Of a stretch of DNA of 64,000 bases, positions 32,089-41,783 are shown piece after piece. Position 1 is the stretch's first letter, and every line of letters begins with the position of its first letter. The stretch lies in NCBI GenBank assembly GCA_040756035.1, contig JBFLZV010000004.1:7463-71462 (forward strand), read 5' to 3'. The DNA comes from Pseudomonadota bacterium (GTDB lineage: Bacteria; Pseudomonadota; Gammaproteobacteria; SURF-13). The notes beneath the pieces were generated by a model. The model ran no database searches and was not told the origin of the DNA. It was given only the letters and a program-made list of their open reading frames with translations. Made by a program: the position numbers and the translations under genes.

Positions 32089-32426
32089 CTACTTCAGGCC
32101 GTTCAGCATGACCTGCACTTGCCTTTTAAGTTTTGGCAAATCGGCTTCGATGACTTGCCACACATATCCAAGATCAACTCCTACAATAGTTGTGTGCCAG
32201 CACATTTCGGAAACCTGCAATGTCCCGCCAGGGTACATCGGTGTGCGCTGCCATTAGGGGTTCGGAAATGCGTTGGCTGGATTCAGCAAGGGTTTGCAAG
32301 TTGCGTAATACGGCGTCTTGAATCAGTGTGGAATTCATCAACTCACTTTATTCCGCCGGTGGTGTATTTCTCAATGCGATCTATGCATTCACTGATGTGG
32401 ATTAGATAAAGCCTATCATCTTTCAT
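32089..32426 (-). pseudogene. hepT: HepT/DUF86 HEPN RNase toxin with two +1 frameshifts
   Basis: [25 protein letters not shown] / SELMNSTLIQDAVLRNLQTLAESSQRIS...PWRDIAGFRNVLAHNY / GVDLGYVWQVIEADLPKLK. ATGA overlap with the mntA stop. 338 bp minus 2 = 112 codons. Confidence 0.85.
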
Positions 32427-32713
32427 AGCCGCACCGCTTCTTTTAGTACTTTGTCGCGGATATACCAGTGCAGCCCTTGCTCCGTGACAATGTCTACTTT
32501 GCGGCCTAATAATTCCTGCAAATCCATTAGCAACCCTCCCAGATCGAACAGACTGCGGCCCGGTTCCAGGTCCACCAAAATATCGATATCGCTGCGAGCG
32601 CTTGCTTCGTTTCTGGCTACTGAGCCAAACACACGGAGATTGCGTGCGCCGTGCTTAGCCGCCAATGCTAGGATTGCCTCGCGTTTCAGTTCTATCGTTT
32701 TGTTAAGCGCCAT
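32423..32713 (-). CDS. mntA: MntA-type minimal nucleotidyltransferase antitoxin
   Basis: [16 protein letters not shown] (GSx10DxD), [10 protein letters not shown]; 96 aa; lower GC than its neighbours. Confidence 0.9.
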   Translation of the reverse strand: MALNKTIELKREAILALAAKHGARNLRVFGSVARNEASARSDIDILVDLEPGRSLFDLGGLLMDLQELLGRKVDIVTEQGLHWYIRDKVLKEAVRL

Positions 32714-32746
32714 ATTTAAGTTTCTTGTTTTCCGCCAAGGATGATC

Positions 32747-33085
32747 TCATGTCAGCGCCAACAGCGCGTCAATCTTCGCCGCACAAATGAAGTCGTTTTC
32801 GGTAAGCCCGTGCACGGCGTGGGTGCTGTAGCGCACCGTGCATTTGTTATAGCTGACTTCCATGTCAGGGTGGTGATCCTCCCGGTGCGCGATCCAGGCC
32901 ACGGCGTTTACGAAGGCCATGGTTTGGTAATAATTTTTGAATTGAAAGGTGCGGCTGATGGCGTCGCCTTTGTCATTCAGCGCCCAGCCCGTCACTTGAT
33001 TCAGCATGTCACGCGCTTGCATGGCGGAGAGCGGCGCCACGCCGCCCTCGCAGGCTTTGCAATGTTTGGCCGCCAAGTCGCTCAT
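32747..33085 (-). CDS. phhB: Pterin-4-alpha-carbinolamine dehydratase
   Basis: CKACEGG, FQFKNYYQTMAFVNAVAWIAHREDHHPD, THAVHGLTENDFICAAKID. Confidence 0.92.
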   Translation of the reverse strand: MSDLAAKHCKACEGGVAPLSAMQARDMLNQVTGWALNDKGDAISRTFQFKNYYQTMAFVNAVAWIAHREDHHPDMEVSYNKCTVRYSTHAVHGLTENDFICAAKIDALLALT

Positions 33086-33402
33086 GGGTTGTCCCCTCCG
33101 AATTTGTAGAAGGCTTGGTTTAAATAGGCCACGACGTCGTCGATGTCTTGGTCTTTCCAATTCAAACCGTTCATGGACTCGCAGAAGCGCACACGCTTAT
33201 TCAGGCCGTCGAGCGAGCGCACGATGCGGTTGGGGCGCGTGAAAATGGCGGTTGGATTGCCATCCATTAACTTGGCGTGGCAGGACGTGCAGTGGGCGTC
33301 GTGCAGCTCCTTGCCGCGCGCCGGATCGCCGGCGGCTTGCGCGGACGGCAGGCTGAGCAGCACCGCGCCGCCCAGTATTAGCATTGTGCAATATCTTTTC
33401 AT
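33082..33402 (-). CDS. Periplasmic monoheme cytochrome c with an extra distal Cys
   Basis: Signal peptide, CTSCH, then FTRPNRIVRSL...VRFCESM...W...VVAYLN...FYKF. Confidence 0.85.
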   Translation of the reverse strand: MKRYCTMLILGGAVLLSLPSAQAAGDPARGKELHDAHCTSCHAKLMDGNPTAIFTRPNRIVRSLDGLNKRVRFCESMNGLNWKDQDIDDVVAYLNQAFYKFGGDNP

Positions 33403-34676
33403 GATGCAGCCTCCATGGGTGCCGCGCTAACCTTGGTCCACAGATGCGCCACGCGCGCGGCGGCGGGCGGATGGGAATCGTGAAATGCCGAATAGAGCGG
33501 ATCAGGCGTGAGCGTGCTGGCGTTTTCCTTGTAGAGCTTGACCAAGGCGTCGATCAGCGCGCGGGGATCGGTGTGTTGCGCGGCGAAATCGTCGGCCTCG
33601 AACTCGTCCTTGCGCGAAAAATAGGCGATGATCGGATAAAAAAAGAACGTGAATACCGGCGTGACCAATAGGAATAATATCAATGCGGCGTGCAGCGAAG
33701 GCTGCGCGACGCCCAGGCCGGCGTAAAACCATTCTTGTTCCATCAGCCAGCCGAGCAGGGCGAGGCCGATCAGGCTGACCAGCGTCATTAAAACCAAGCG
33801 TTTCTGCACGTGTTTGCGCTTGAAGTGGCCGAGTTCGTGGGCCAGCACGGCTTCGATTTCGGCGGGCTGCAACGTGTCCATCAGCGTATCGAAAAACACG
33901 ATGCGTTTGTGCGCGCCCAGGCCGGTGAAATAGGCGTTACCGTGACCGGAGCGCGTGGAGCCGTCCATGACGAAAATGCCTTTGCTGGTAAAGCCGCATT
34001 TTTGCAATAATCTTTGGATGCGCTGCGCCAGATCGGCGTCGCCAAGTTCCTTGAATTTATTGAACAGCGGCGCGATGAAGGCCGGGTAGGCCCACATCAT
34101 AAGCAACGTGAAGCCGGTCCACACCAGCCACACGTACAGCCACCACAAGCCGCCGGACGCATCCATCAGCCACAGCACCAGCGTGGCGAGCGGCGCGCCG
34201 AGCGCGAGCAGCAGTAATGCCTGCTTCAGCAGGTCGGTGATGAACACTTTCGGGGTGGTGCGGTTAAAACCGAAGCGCTGTTCGATGACGAAGGTGCGAT
34301 AGACGGCGAACGGCAAATCGAGTGTGGCTATCAACAAGAACGCGCTGAGCAAGAAGCCGACACCCGTCCATACCGGGCTCAGCTCCAGCGCGCGCCACGC
34401 TTGATCGAGCAGATTCAGACCGCCGCCGAGCGTCCACAGCAGCAGCCACAGTGCGCCGGCGATCAGTTCGATCTGGCCGAAGCGGGTCTTGGCGAGCGTG
34501 TAGTCCGCGGCCTTTTGATGCGCCTCGGCGGGAATGCGCGCGCTGAAGTCTGGCGGCACCTGCGCGCGGTGCGCGGCCACAAAGGCGATTTGACGCCGCG
34601 CCAGCCACAGTTGCAGGCCTAAGCCGCCGCTGAGCGCCGCCAGAAACAGCAGGGTGAAGGAATTCATCGTGAGCAC
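33399..34676 (-). CDS. M48 family (STE24-like) membrane zinc metalloprotease
   Basis: MDGSTRSGHGNAYFTG, AHELGH, EFEAD, HPPAAAR; multiple TM segments. Confidence 0.93.
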   Translation of the reverse strand: MLTMNSFTLLFLAALSGGLGLQLWLARRQIAFVAAHRAQVPPDFSARIPAEAHQKAADYTLAKTRFGQIELIAGALWLLLWTLGGGLNLLDQAWRALELSPVWTGVGFLLSAFLLIATLDLPFAVYRTFVIEQRFGFNRTTPKVFITDLLKQALLLLALGAPLATLVLWLMDASGGLWWLYVWLVWTGFTLLMMWAYPAFIAPLFNKFKELGDADLAQRIQRLLQKCGFTSKGIFVMDGSTRSGHGNAYFTGLGAHKRIVFFDTLMDTLQPAEIEAVLAHELGHFKRKHVQKRLVLMTLVSLIGLALLGWLMEQEWFYAGLGVAQPSLHAALILFLLVTPVFTFFFYPIIAYFSRKDEFEADDFAAQHTDPRALIDALVKLYKENASTLTPDPLYSAFHDSHPPAAARVAHLWTKVSAAPMEAAS

Positions 34677-34766
34677 TCGAAAGTTAACATGGTAAGTAGG
34701 TTAGCCTCTGGTACAATGCTTGGCAAGACGCCCATCCGGGCTACATCACCATAACGAAAGAGCGGC

Positions 34767-35312
34767 ATGGCACAAAACTCCAACAATTTGATCTGGATCG
34801 ATCTGGAAATGACGGGCTTAAACACCGAGGTCGATCAGATTATCGAAATTGCAACCATTGTCACCGATAGCGATCTTAACATCCTGGAGGAAGGGCCGGT
34901 GCTGGCGATCCATCAGAACAACGCTATCCTCGAGGGCATGGATAGCTGGAATTCGCAGCAACACGCGAAGTCCGGTCTCATCGAGCGCGTGCGCGCCAGC
35001 CTCATAGACGAAGTGGAGGCCGAGCGACGTACGCTGGAATTCGTGCAAAAGTACGTGCCGCGCAACAAGTCGCCCATGTGCGGCAACAGCATTTGCCAGG
35101 ACCGGCGCTTTTTGTACCGTTGTATGCCGGAGTTGGAAAAATATTTTCATTATCGTAATTTGGACGTGAGCACGATCAAGGAATTGGCCAAGCGCTGGAT
35201 GCCTGCGATGGCGGATGGGTTTGTTAAAAACTCCACGCACCTGGCGCTGGACGACGTGCGCGACTCCATCCGCGAACTAAAATATTACCGCGAGCATTTT
35301 TTCAAGATTTGA
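34767..35312 (+). CDS. orn: Oligoribonuclease
   Basis: [38 protein letters not shown]. Confidence 0.97.
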   Translation: MAQNSNNLIWIDLEMTGLNTEVDQIIEIATIVTDSDLNILEEGPVLAIHQNNAILEGMDSWNSQQHAKSGLIERVRASLIDEVEAERRTLEFVQKYVPRNKSPMCGNSICQDRRFLYRCMPELEKYFHYRNLDVSTIKELAKRWMPAMADGFVKNSTHLALDDVRDSIRELKYYREHFFKI

Positions 35313-35380
35313 TGCGACAAAGTTGTATCGGAGCGGGAGGTGTTACATGGAGATCGGTAAGTAAGGCTACACTTCACGCT

Positions 35381-35527
35381 GTCGCCAAGCCATGGAGAGC
35401 TTGGCTGGATTTTTACGCGGAGCGGATAACGTGGCGTAAAGGGGGCAGGGTGGGGTAGAGTAATCAGGGTTTTTACTCAGGGGTCATAGCATAAGGTTTC
35501 TTGCCTTGCTTTATGACCCCTGAGTAA
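35381..35527 (-). mobile_element. MITE/REP-like element, copy C
   Basis: Its reverse complement aligns with 15443-15592. Perfect 16-bp inverted repeat ttactcaggggtcata / tatgacccctgagtaa (35473-35527) plus the hairpin gccaagc...gcttggc. Confidence 0.85.
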
Positions 35528-35573
35528 TTTGCTACAATGCGTTTTGTTTCCACATAAGTTGCACAGGTGAATT

Positions 35574-35909
35574 ATGGACGTAATGGAACGAATCAGACAA
35601 CACGTTGAAAGCAACCCGGTTATTATTTTCATGAAGGGCACGCCGCAAATGCCGCAGTGCGGGTTTTCGTCACGCGCCGCGCAGGCGCTCAAGGCGGCGG
35701 GCGCGGAGTTCGCTTACGTGAACGTGCTGGCCGATCCGGAGATTTTTCAGAATCTGCCGCGCTACGCAAACTGGCCGACCTTCCCGCAAATTTACATCAA
35801 CGGCGAACTGATCGGCGGCTGCGATATCACGCTGGAGCTTTACCAGTCCGGCGAATTGCAAAAAATGTTGGAAGCCGTGAAAAAGCCGGACGCAGCGAAG
35901 GCGCAATAA
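35574..35909 (+). CDS. grxD: Monothiol glutaredoxin Grx4
   Basis: FMKGTP..PQCGFS, WPTFPQIYINGELIGGCDI. Confidence 0.96.
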   Translation: MDVMERIRQHVESNPVIIFMKGTPQMPQCGFSSRAAQALKAAGAEFAYVNVLADPEIFQNLPRYANWPTFPQIYINGELIGGCDITLELYQSGELQKMLEAVKKPDAAKAQ

Positions 35910-35924
35910 TTTCGGCGAATCCTA

Positions 35925-36965
35925 TTAAGGCTGGTTGAGCAACTTCCAGCTCAGCCGTTCACCGGCGCGGAAGGGGATCAGCGTTTCCGCGCCGAGTGCA
36001 TAGTCATCGGGCACGCACCATCCTTCCTTCACCAAGGTGATTTTTTCCTTATTGCGCGGCAGACGGTAAAAATCCGCTCCGTGCAGGCCGGCAAAACCTT
36101 CCAATTTATCCAACGCCCCCGCTTGCTCAAACGCCTCGGCGTAGAGTTCCATGGCTGCGTGCGCGGTGTAAACGCCCGCGCAGCCGCACGCGCTTTCCTT
36201 GGTGTGTTTGGCGTGCGGCGCGCTGTCGGTGCCGAGAAAGAATTTCGGGTTGCCGCCGGTGGCCGCCCCGATTAGCGCCATGCGGTGGCTTTCGCGCTTC
36301 AGCACCGGCAGGCAATAGTGGTGGGGCCGGATGCCGCCGGCCAGTAGGGCGTTGCGGTTGAGCAGTAAGTGGTGCGCGGTGATGGTGGCGGCGACGTTGG
36401 CGGGTGCGGCCAACACGAACTCCACGGCTTCGCGCGTAGTCACATGTTCGAACACGATGCGCAATTTAGGAAACTTGTCCAGTAGCGGCGCCAGTTCGCG
36501 CTCGATAAATACTTTCTCGCGATCGAAAATATCCACGCTCGGATCGGTGACTTCGCCGTGCACCAGCAGCGGCAGATCGTATTCCTCCATGGCGGCGAGC
36601 GTCGCGTGCGTCTTGCGCAGATCGGTGACGCCGGAGGCCGAGTTGGTGGTGGCGCCGGCGGGGTAATACTTGGCCGCCAGCACTTGGCCGCCGGCCTTGG
36701 CGCGCGCGATTTCCTCGGGCGGCGTGGCGTCGGTCAGGTAGAGAGTCATCAGCGGGTTGAACGGCGTATCCGGCGGCAGCGCGGCCAGGATGCGCGCGCG
36801 GTAGGCCAGCGCCATATCGGTGGTGGTGACCGCGGGTTTCAGGTTGGGCATGACGATGGCGCGCGCAAACTGTCGCGCCGTGTGCGGCAATACGGCCTGC
36901 ATGGCCGCGCCGTCGCGCAGGTGCACGTGCCAATCGTCGGGACGAATGAGAGTAAGCGTGGTCAC
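35925..36965 (-). CDS. pyrC: Dihydroorotase (E. coli type)
   Basis: [47 protein letters not shown]. Confidence 0.96.
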   Translation of the reverse strand: MTTLTLIRPDDWHVHLRDGAAMQAVLPHTARQFARAIVMPNLKPAVTTTDMALAYRARILAALPPDTPFNPLMTLYLTDATPPEEIARAKAGGQVLAAKYYPAGATTNSASGVTDLRKTHATLAAMEEYDLPLLVHGEVTDPSVDIFDREKVFIERELAPLLDKFPKLRIVFEHVTTREAVEFVLAAPANVAATITAHHLLLNRNALLAGGIRPHHYCLPVLKRESHRMALIGAATGGNPKFFLGTDSAPHAKHTKESACGCAGVYTAHAAMELYAEAFEQAGALDKLEGFAGLHGADFYRLPRNKEKITLVKEGWCVPDDYALGAETLIPFRAGERLSWKLLNQP

Positions 36966-37091
36966 ACTGTAATATATGGGATATTTCTATGCACGCCATT
37001 ATGCCACGCCGAACAGGCGCTGAATACGGCGCGGCTAAATGATATGCTATAGCGGTTCGATGTAATTATTCTCTAAATGCTAGGAGTTTCC

Positions 37092-37763
37092 ATGAAAACC
37101 AAATTGGCGCTTGCCATATGCTGTATTTTTTCCGCGTCCGCTTTCGCCGCCGATCCGGCGTTGAGCACGCAAAAGCAGAAGCTCAGTTACACCGTGGGTC
37201 ACCAAATCGGGCAAAGCCTCAAACGGCAAGAGTTGGACGTCGATCTGGACATCGTGAGCGCGGCGATCAAGGACGTGGTGACGGGCGCCAAGGAGAAGCT
37301 TACACAGGAAGAAATGCAGGCCGCCGTTCAGTCTCATCAGCAGGAATTGGGCAACAAGCGCGCGGCGGCGGCGGAGACCAACAAGAAACAGGGACAGGCG
37401 TTTTTAGAGGCCAACAAGAAGAAGCAAGGCGTGGTGACGTTGCCGAGCGGCTTGCAGTACAAGGTGGTTACGCAGGGCAAGGGCAAAAAACCCGCGCTCA
37501 CCGACACCATTGAGGCTCACTATCGCGGCACGCTGATCGACGGCAAGGAGTTCGACAGTTCCTATGGCCGCGGCGAACCGGCCGCTTTTCCGGTCAACGC
37601 GGTAATCAAGGGCTGGCAAGAAATTTTGCAACTGATGCCGGAAGGTTCCAAATATCAGGTGTTTATTCCCTCTGAGTTAGCCTACGGCGAGACCGGCGCG
37701 GGATCGGATATCGGTCCTAATTCCACGCTCATCTTCGACATCGAGTTGATCAAGATAAAGTAA
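37092..37763 (+). CDS. FKBP-type peptidyl-prolyl isomerase (FkpA/Mip-like)
   Basis: Signal peptide, KLSYTVG, SGLQY, HYRGTLIDGKEFDSSY, VIKGWQE, AYG, PNSTLIFDIEL. Confidence 0.93.
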   Translation: MKTKLALAICCIFSASAFAADPALSTQKQKLSYTVGHQIGQSLKRQELDVDLDIVSAAIKDVVTGAKEKLTQEEMQAAVQSHQQELGNKRAAAAETNKKQGQAFLEANKKKQGVVTLPSGLQYKVVTQGKGKKPALTDTIEAHYRGTLIDGKEFDSSYGRGEPAAFPVNAVIKGWQEILQLMPEGSKYQVFIPSELAYGETGAGSDIGPNSTLIFDIELIKIK

Positions 37764-37771
37764 CGGGCGAT

Positions 37772-38173
37772 GTGACGACTGTTTATGCCATTCTGGCGGA
37801 TGTGGTGCTGGTTACTCACGCCGCCTTTGTGCTGTTTGTGATTGCCGGCCAGGCGTTGATCCTGCTGGGCTGGTCGCAAGGCTGGAATTGGACACGGAAC
37901 GTCCCGTTCCGCGCCGCGCATTTGTTCGCCATCGGCTTCGTGGCGGTGGAGGCGTGGCTGGGCCGGGTTTGTCCGTTAACGGTGTGGGAGACGCGCCTGC
38001 GCGAATTGGCGGGGGCGCGCGGCTACGAAACCGATTTTATCACGTACTGGGTGCAGCGCCTGCTGTTTTACGATTTTCCGGAGTGGGTGTTCACGCTCGC
38101 CTATTCGCTGTTTCTTCTGCTGGTGATCATTACCTTCATCGCCTATCCGCCGCGCCGTAAGATTCGTTCATGA
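37772..38173 (+). CDS. DUF2784-like membrane protein
   Basis: LADVVLVTHAAFVLFV...CPLTVWE. Confidence 0.75.
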   Translation: MTTVYAILADVVLVTHAAFVLFVIAGQALILLGWSQGWNWTRNVPFRAAHLFAIGFVAVEAWLGRVCPLTVWETRLRELAGARGYETDFITYWVQRLLFYDFPEWVFTLAYSLFLLLVIITFIAYPPRRKIRS

Positions 38174-38481
38174 GCGCGTTCTTGCTGCTCGGGTTGTTTG
38201 CGCTGGGCGCGTGGTTTTGGTACGACAGCCTGCGCGTGCGCGAGCGCGCGGTGCGAGCGGCGCGGCAGCACTGCGCGTTGCAGGGCGTGCAATTTCTGGA
38301 TGATACCGTGGCGCTGAGCGGTTTGGGATTAGGGCGCGATCTATTGGGGCGACTGCGCATTCGCCGCGTGTATCAGTTCGAATTCAGCGCCAGCGGCGAC
38401 ACGCGGCGCCAAGGGTTGGTGCTCATGCTTGGCGACAACTTCGATACGCTGCGCATGGGGCGGGAGGAGGCCCTGCATTAG
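38170..38481 (+). CDS. DUF3301-like protein
   Basis: N-terminal TM, VQFLDDTVAL, RRVYQFEFS...G. Confidence 0.75.
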   Translation: MSAFLLLGLFALGAWFWYDSLRVRERAVRAARQHCALQGVQFLDDTVALSGLGLGRDLLGRLRIRRVYQFEFSASGDTRRQGLVLMLGDNFDTLRMGREEALH

Positions 38482-38482
38482 T

Positions 38483-40387
38483 TTAATTTGCCGCCAGCGC
38501 CTGTAAGGTCTCGCTTACTTCCATCCAATTGCTTTCCGCTTGGCGCAAAGCTTCGGTAATGTGCGCTTGTCTTGCTAAAGTTTCCTCGAGCTTGCCTTTG
38601 CTCGCATTTTCGTACAGCGCAGGATCGGCGAGCACTGCCGCCAGCGCTTCTTGTTCGCGCGCGAGCGTGTCTATTTTCTTTTCCAGTTCATCGAGTTTCT
38701 TTTGCAGCGGACGGCGCCGCTCGGCGTCGCGGTTGCGTTGCTCCGCTTCGCTGCGTTTTTGCTGCTTGCGTTCGGCGGCGCTGCGCCCGGGCGCCTTGTC
38801 GGTCGGCGCGCCACTCGCGGGACGCTGCGTCAAACCATCGCGGTAGTCATCGAGATCGCCGTCGAAAATTTCCGCATGGCCGTTCGCCACCAGCACTAAG
38901 CTGTCGGTGGTGGTGCGCAGCAAATGACGGTCGTGCGAGACCACCACCAGTGCGCCTTGATAATCTTGCAGCGCCAGCGTAAGCGCATCGCGCATGTCCA
39001 GATCGAGATGGTTGGTGGGTTCGTCGAGCAGCAGCAGATTAGGCCGCTGCCACACAAGTAACGCGAGCGCCAGGCGCGCCTTTTCGCCGCCGGAGAAGGG
39101 CTGCACCGCGCGCAGCGCGTCGTCGCCGACGAATCCGAAACCGCCGAGGAAGTTGCGCAGGTCTTGTTCGCGCGCGCGGCGGTCGAGACGCTGCATGTGT
39201 TGCAGGGCGTTTTCATCGGGGCGCAGCGCCTCCAGTTGATGCTGGGCGAAGTAGCCGATCTTAAGGCCGTTGCCTTCGATGCGGTCGCCCCGCGCGGGCG
39301 CGAGCAGGCCGGCGAGCAGTTTGATTAAGGTCGATTTGCCCGCGCCGTTACGGCCCAATAGGCCCAGCCGCGTGCCCGGCGCGAGGTGCAGGTTGACGTC
39401 GTGCAGAACAATATTTTCGTTGTAACCCGCCGCCGCGTGCTCCAGGTAGAGCAGCGGGTTGGGTGCCTTTTCCGGCGCGCTAAAGGCGAAGTGAAACGGC
39501 GAATCGATGTGCGCCGCTACGATGGTTTCCATGCGTGCGAGGGCCTTGATGCGGCTCTGCGCCTGGCGCGCCTTGCTGGCCTTGGCGCCGAAGCGGCTGA
39601 CGAAATTTTTAATGTGATCGATCTCGCGTTGCTGTTTTTCATAGGCCGCTTGTTGCAGCGCGAGCCGCGCGGCGCGCTGGCGTTCGAATTGCGCATAGTT
39701 GCCGGTGTACAGCGTTATGCGCTGGTGTTCGAGGTGGGCAATGTGATCCACGACGTTGTCCAGAAAATCGCGGTCGTGGGAGATCAATAACAAGGTGCCG
39801 GGATAACCGCGCAACCACTGTTCCAGCCACACCACGGCGTCGAGATCCAAGTGATTGGTAGGTTCGTCCAGCAACAGCAGATCGGAGCGGCACATGAGCG
39901 CGCGCGCCAAATTGAGGCGCATGCGCCAGCCGCCGGAGAAGACGTCGACGGCTTGCGTATGCTGATGCGCGGCAAAGCCGAGCCCGTGCAGAAGCTGCGC
40001 GGCGCGCGCCCGCGCGCTGTAGCCGCCGATGGCGTCGTAGCGCGCGTGCAGGGCGGCGAGCTGTATGCCGTCCGTCGCGTCATGGGCGGTGTCGAGCTGG
40101 GTTTCGATGGCGCGCAACTCGGCGTCGCCGTCCAGCACGTAGTCGATGGCGGACGTGGTGAGCGCGGGCGTTTCCTGTCCGACGTGCGCGATGATGAGGC
40201 GCGGCGGCATGTCCAGGTCGCCGCTGTCCTGCTGCAACTCGCCGCGCAGTAGCGCGAACAGGCTGGATTTGCCGGTGCCGTTCGCGCCGGTCACGCCGAT
40301 CTTCTGGCCGGCGTAGATGGTGAGATCCACGTCTTCCAGCAAGGCGCGGCCGCCACGGTGCAGTGCAAGGCGGCGTAAGCTAATCAT
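38483..40387 (-). CDS. ABC-F family ATPase (YheS-like)
   Basis: Two ABC domains (GANGTGKSS, FSGGWRMR, LLDEPTNHLD; GRNGAGKST, FSGGEKAR) and a C-terminal coiled coil; no TM segments. Confidence 0.92.
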   Translation of the reverse strand: MISLRRLALHRGGRALLEDVDLTIYAGQKIGVTGANGTGKSSLFALLRGELQQDSGDLDMPPRLIIAHVGQETPALTTSAIDYVLDGDAELRAIETQLDTAHDATDGIQLAALHARYDAIGGYSARARAAQLLHGLGFAAHQHTQAVDVFSGGWRMRLNLARALMCRSDLLLLDEPTNHLDLDAVVWLEQWLRGYPGTLLLISHDRDFLDNVVDHIAHLEHQRITLYTGNYAQFERQRAARLALQQAAYEKQQREIDHIKNFVSRFGAKASKARQAQSRIKALARMETIVAAHIDSPFHFAFSAPEKAPNPLLYLEHAAAGYNENIVLHDVNLHLAPGTRLGLLGRNGAGKSTLIKLLAGLLAPARGDRIEGNGLKIGYFAQHQLEALRPDENALQHMQRLDRRAREQDLRNFLGGFGFVGDDALRAVQPFSGGEKARLALALLVWQRPNLLLLDEPTNHLDLDMRDALTLALQDYQGALVVVSHDRHLLRTTTDSLVLVANGHAEIFDGDLDDYRDGLTQRPASGAPTDKAPGRSAAERKQQKRSEAEQRNRDAERRRPLQKKLDELEKKIDTLAREQEALAAVLADPALYENASKGKLEETLARQAHITEALRQAESNWMEVSETLQALAAN

Positions 40388-40685
40388 GCGCGCGTCCTGC
40401 GTTTTCGATGAGGCGCTGCTTGTCCGCGCGCGATAAGGATTTTATCGCGCGCTCCCTGGACAAGGCGTCGGAGCGGTTGGCGCAGTCCTCAAGATAGACC
40501 ACCTTGACGGGGCGGCGGCTGCGCGTACAGCGCGAGGCCAAGCCGTCGTTGTGCTGGCGCACGCGCCGCTCCAGCTCGTTGGTAATGCCCGTATAGAACG
40601 AGCCATCGCCGCACTCCAAAATGTACAGCAGCCAGGATTTCTTCGCTTCGGTGGGTGCGGCGTCTTGGGTTGCTTGCTCGGACAT
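40380..40685 (-). CDS. GIY-YIG nuclease family protein (UPF0213-like)
   Basis: LYILECGDGSFYTGIT...RRVRQHN...TRSRRPV...RERAIK. Confidence 0.85.
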   Translation of the reverse strand: MSEQATQDAAPTEAKKSWLLYILECGDGSFYTGITNELERRVRQHNDGLASRCTRSRRPVKVVYLEDCANRSDALSRERAIKSLSRADKQRLIENAGRAHD

Positions 40686-40737
40686 GATGCTTACTTAAAT
40701 ATTTCTCTCGCGCTATAGTAACCCGAATAGTAAAACT

Positions 40738-41547
40738 ATGCCTGAGAGAAACCTCGTGCTGCCGGATATAAAAAAATTACACGAACTGATCGTCGACGCG
40801 GCGCGTCGAGAGTTGCTGCCGCGCTTCGCCGAAGTAACGCGCACGCTGAAAGCGGATGGCAGCATCGTCACCCGCGCCGACATCGCCATGCAGCAAACCC
40901 TGCGTGAGCGCTTGAATGCGCACTGGCCGGAATATCGTTTCCTCGGCGAGGAAATGCCGGAGGCCGAACAGCGTGCATTGCTTGAATCACATGACACGGG
41001 TTTGTGGTGCCTCGATCCGGTCGACGGCACCAGCAACTTCGCCGCCGGCGTGCCGTTCTTTGCGGTATCGCTGGCCTTGATCAACCGCGGCGAAGTTGTG
41101 CTGGGCGTGGTATATGATCCCATGCGCGACGAATGTTTCAGCGCGCGCAAGGGGCAGGGCGCATGGTTGAACGGTGTGCGGCTGGAGTATAAAGAATTCA
41201 ATCTGCCGCTCCAGCGCGCCCTTGCCGCCATTGATTTCAAACGTTTACCCACGTCGCTCGCGCGCCGCTTGGTAGAGCGCCCGCCTTATAGTTCACAGCG
41301 CAACTTCGGCTCGGTGGCGTTGGAGTGGTGCTGGCTCGCCGCCGGACGCTTTCACGTCTATCTGCACGGACGCCAGCGCGTGTGGGACTACGCAGCGGGC
41401 AGTTTGATTCTGGCGGAAGCCGGAGGCCGCGCCGCGACCCTGGAAAGCGACACGCCGTGCGGCTTGGAATTCAAGCCGTGCTCCGTGGTGGCGGCATTGG
41501 ATCATCGATTATTCGCGGAGTGGAAACACTACTTAAGCACGCAGTGA
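40738..41547 (+). CDS. Inositol monophosphatase family protein
   Basis: LGEE, WCLDPVDGTSNF, RNFGS, WDYAAG. Confidence 0.92.
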   Translation: MPERNLVLPDIKKLHELIVDAARRELLPRFAEVTRTLKADGSIVTRADIAMQQTLRERLNAHWPEYRFLGEEMPEAEQRALLESHDTGLWCLDPVDGTSNFAAGVPFFAVSLALINRGEVVLGVVYDPMRDECFSARKGQGAWLNGVRLEYKEFNLPLQRALAAIDFKRLPTSLARRLVERPPYSSQRNFGSVALEWCWLAAGRFHVYLHGRQRVWDYAAGSLILAEAGGRAATLESDTPCGLEFKPCSVVAALDHRLFAEWKHYLSTQ

Positions 41548-41780
41548 CGCACGGATTGGAAATAAGTGCGCGGTGACATCACGCAGCTTGCGGTGGACGC
41601 CATCGTCAACGTAGCCAATAACTCACTGCTGGGTGGCGGCGGTGTGGACAGCGCCGCCCACCGCGCGGCAGGATCGGAATTATTGGAAGCCTGCAAAAAA
41701 ACTTTACGGCTGCGCCACCGGCGCGGCCAAGATCACGCCCGGTTTCCGCCTTCCGCGCGTTGGATCATCCACACGGTGAT
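41544..41780 (+). pseudogene. Degraded macrodomain (YmdB-like) gene
   Basis: GTG start overlaps the upstream stop. [58 protein letters not shown] are recovered only by switching frames. Truncated just before the convergent propeller gene. Confidence 0.8.
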
Positions 41781-41783
41781 CGA

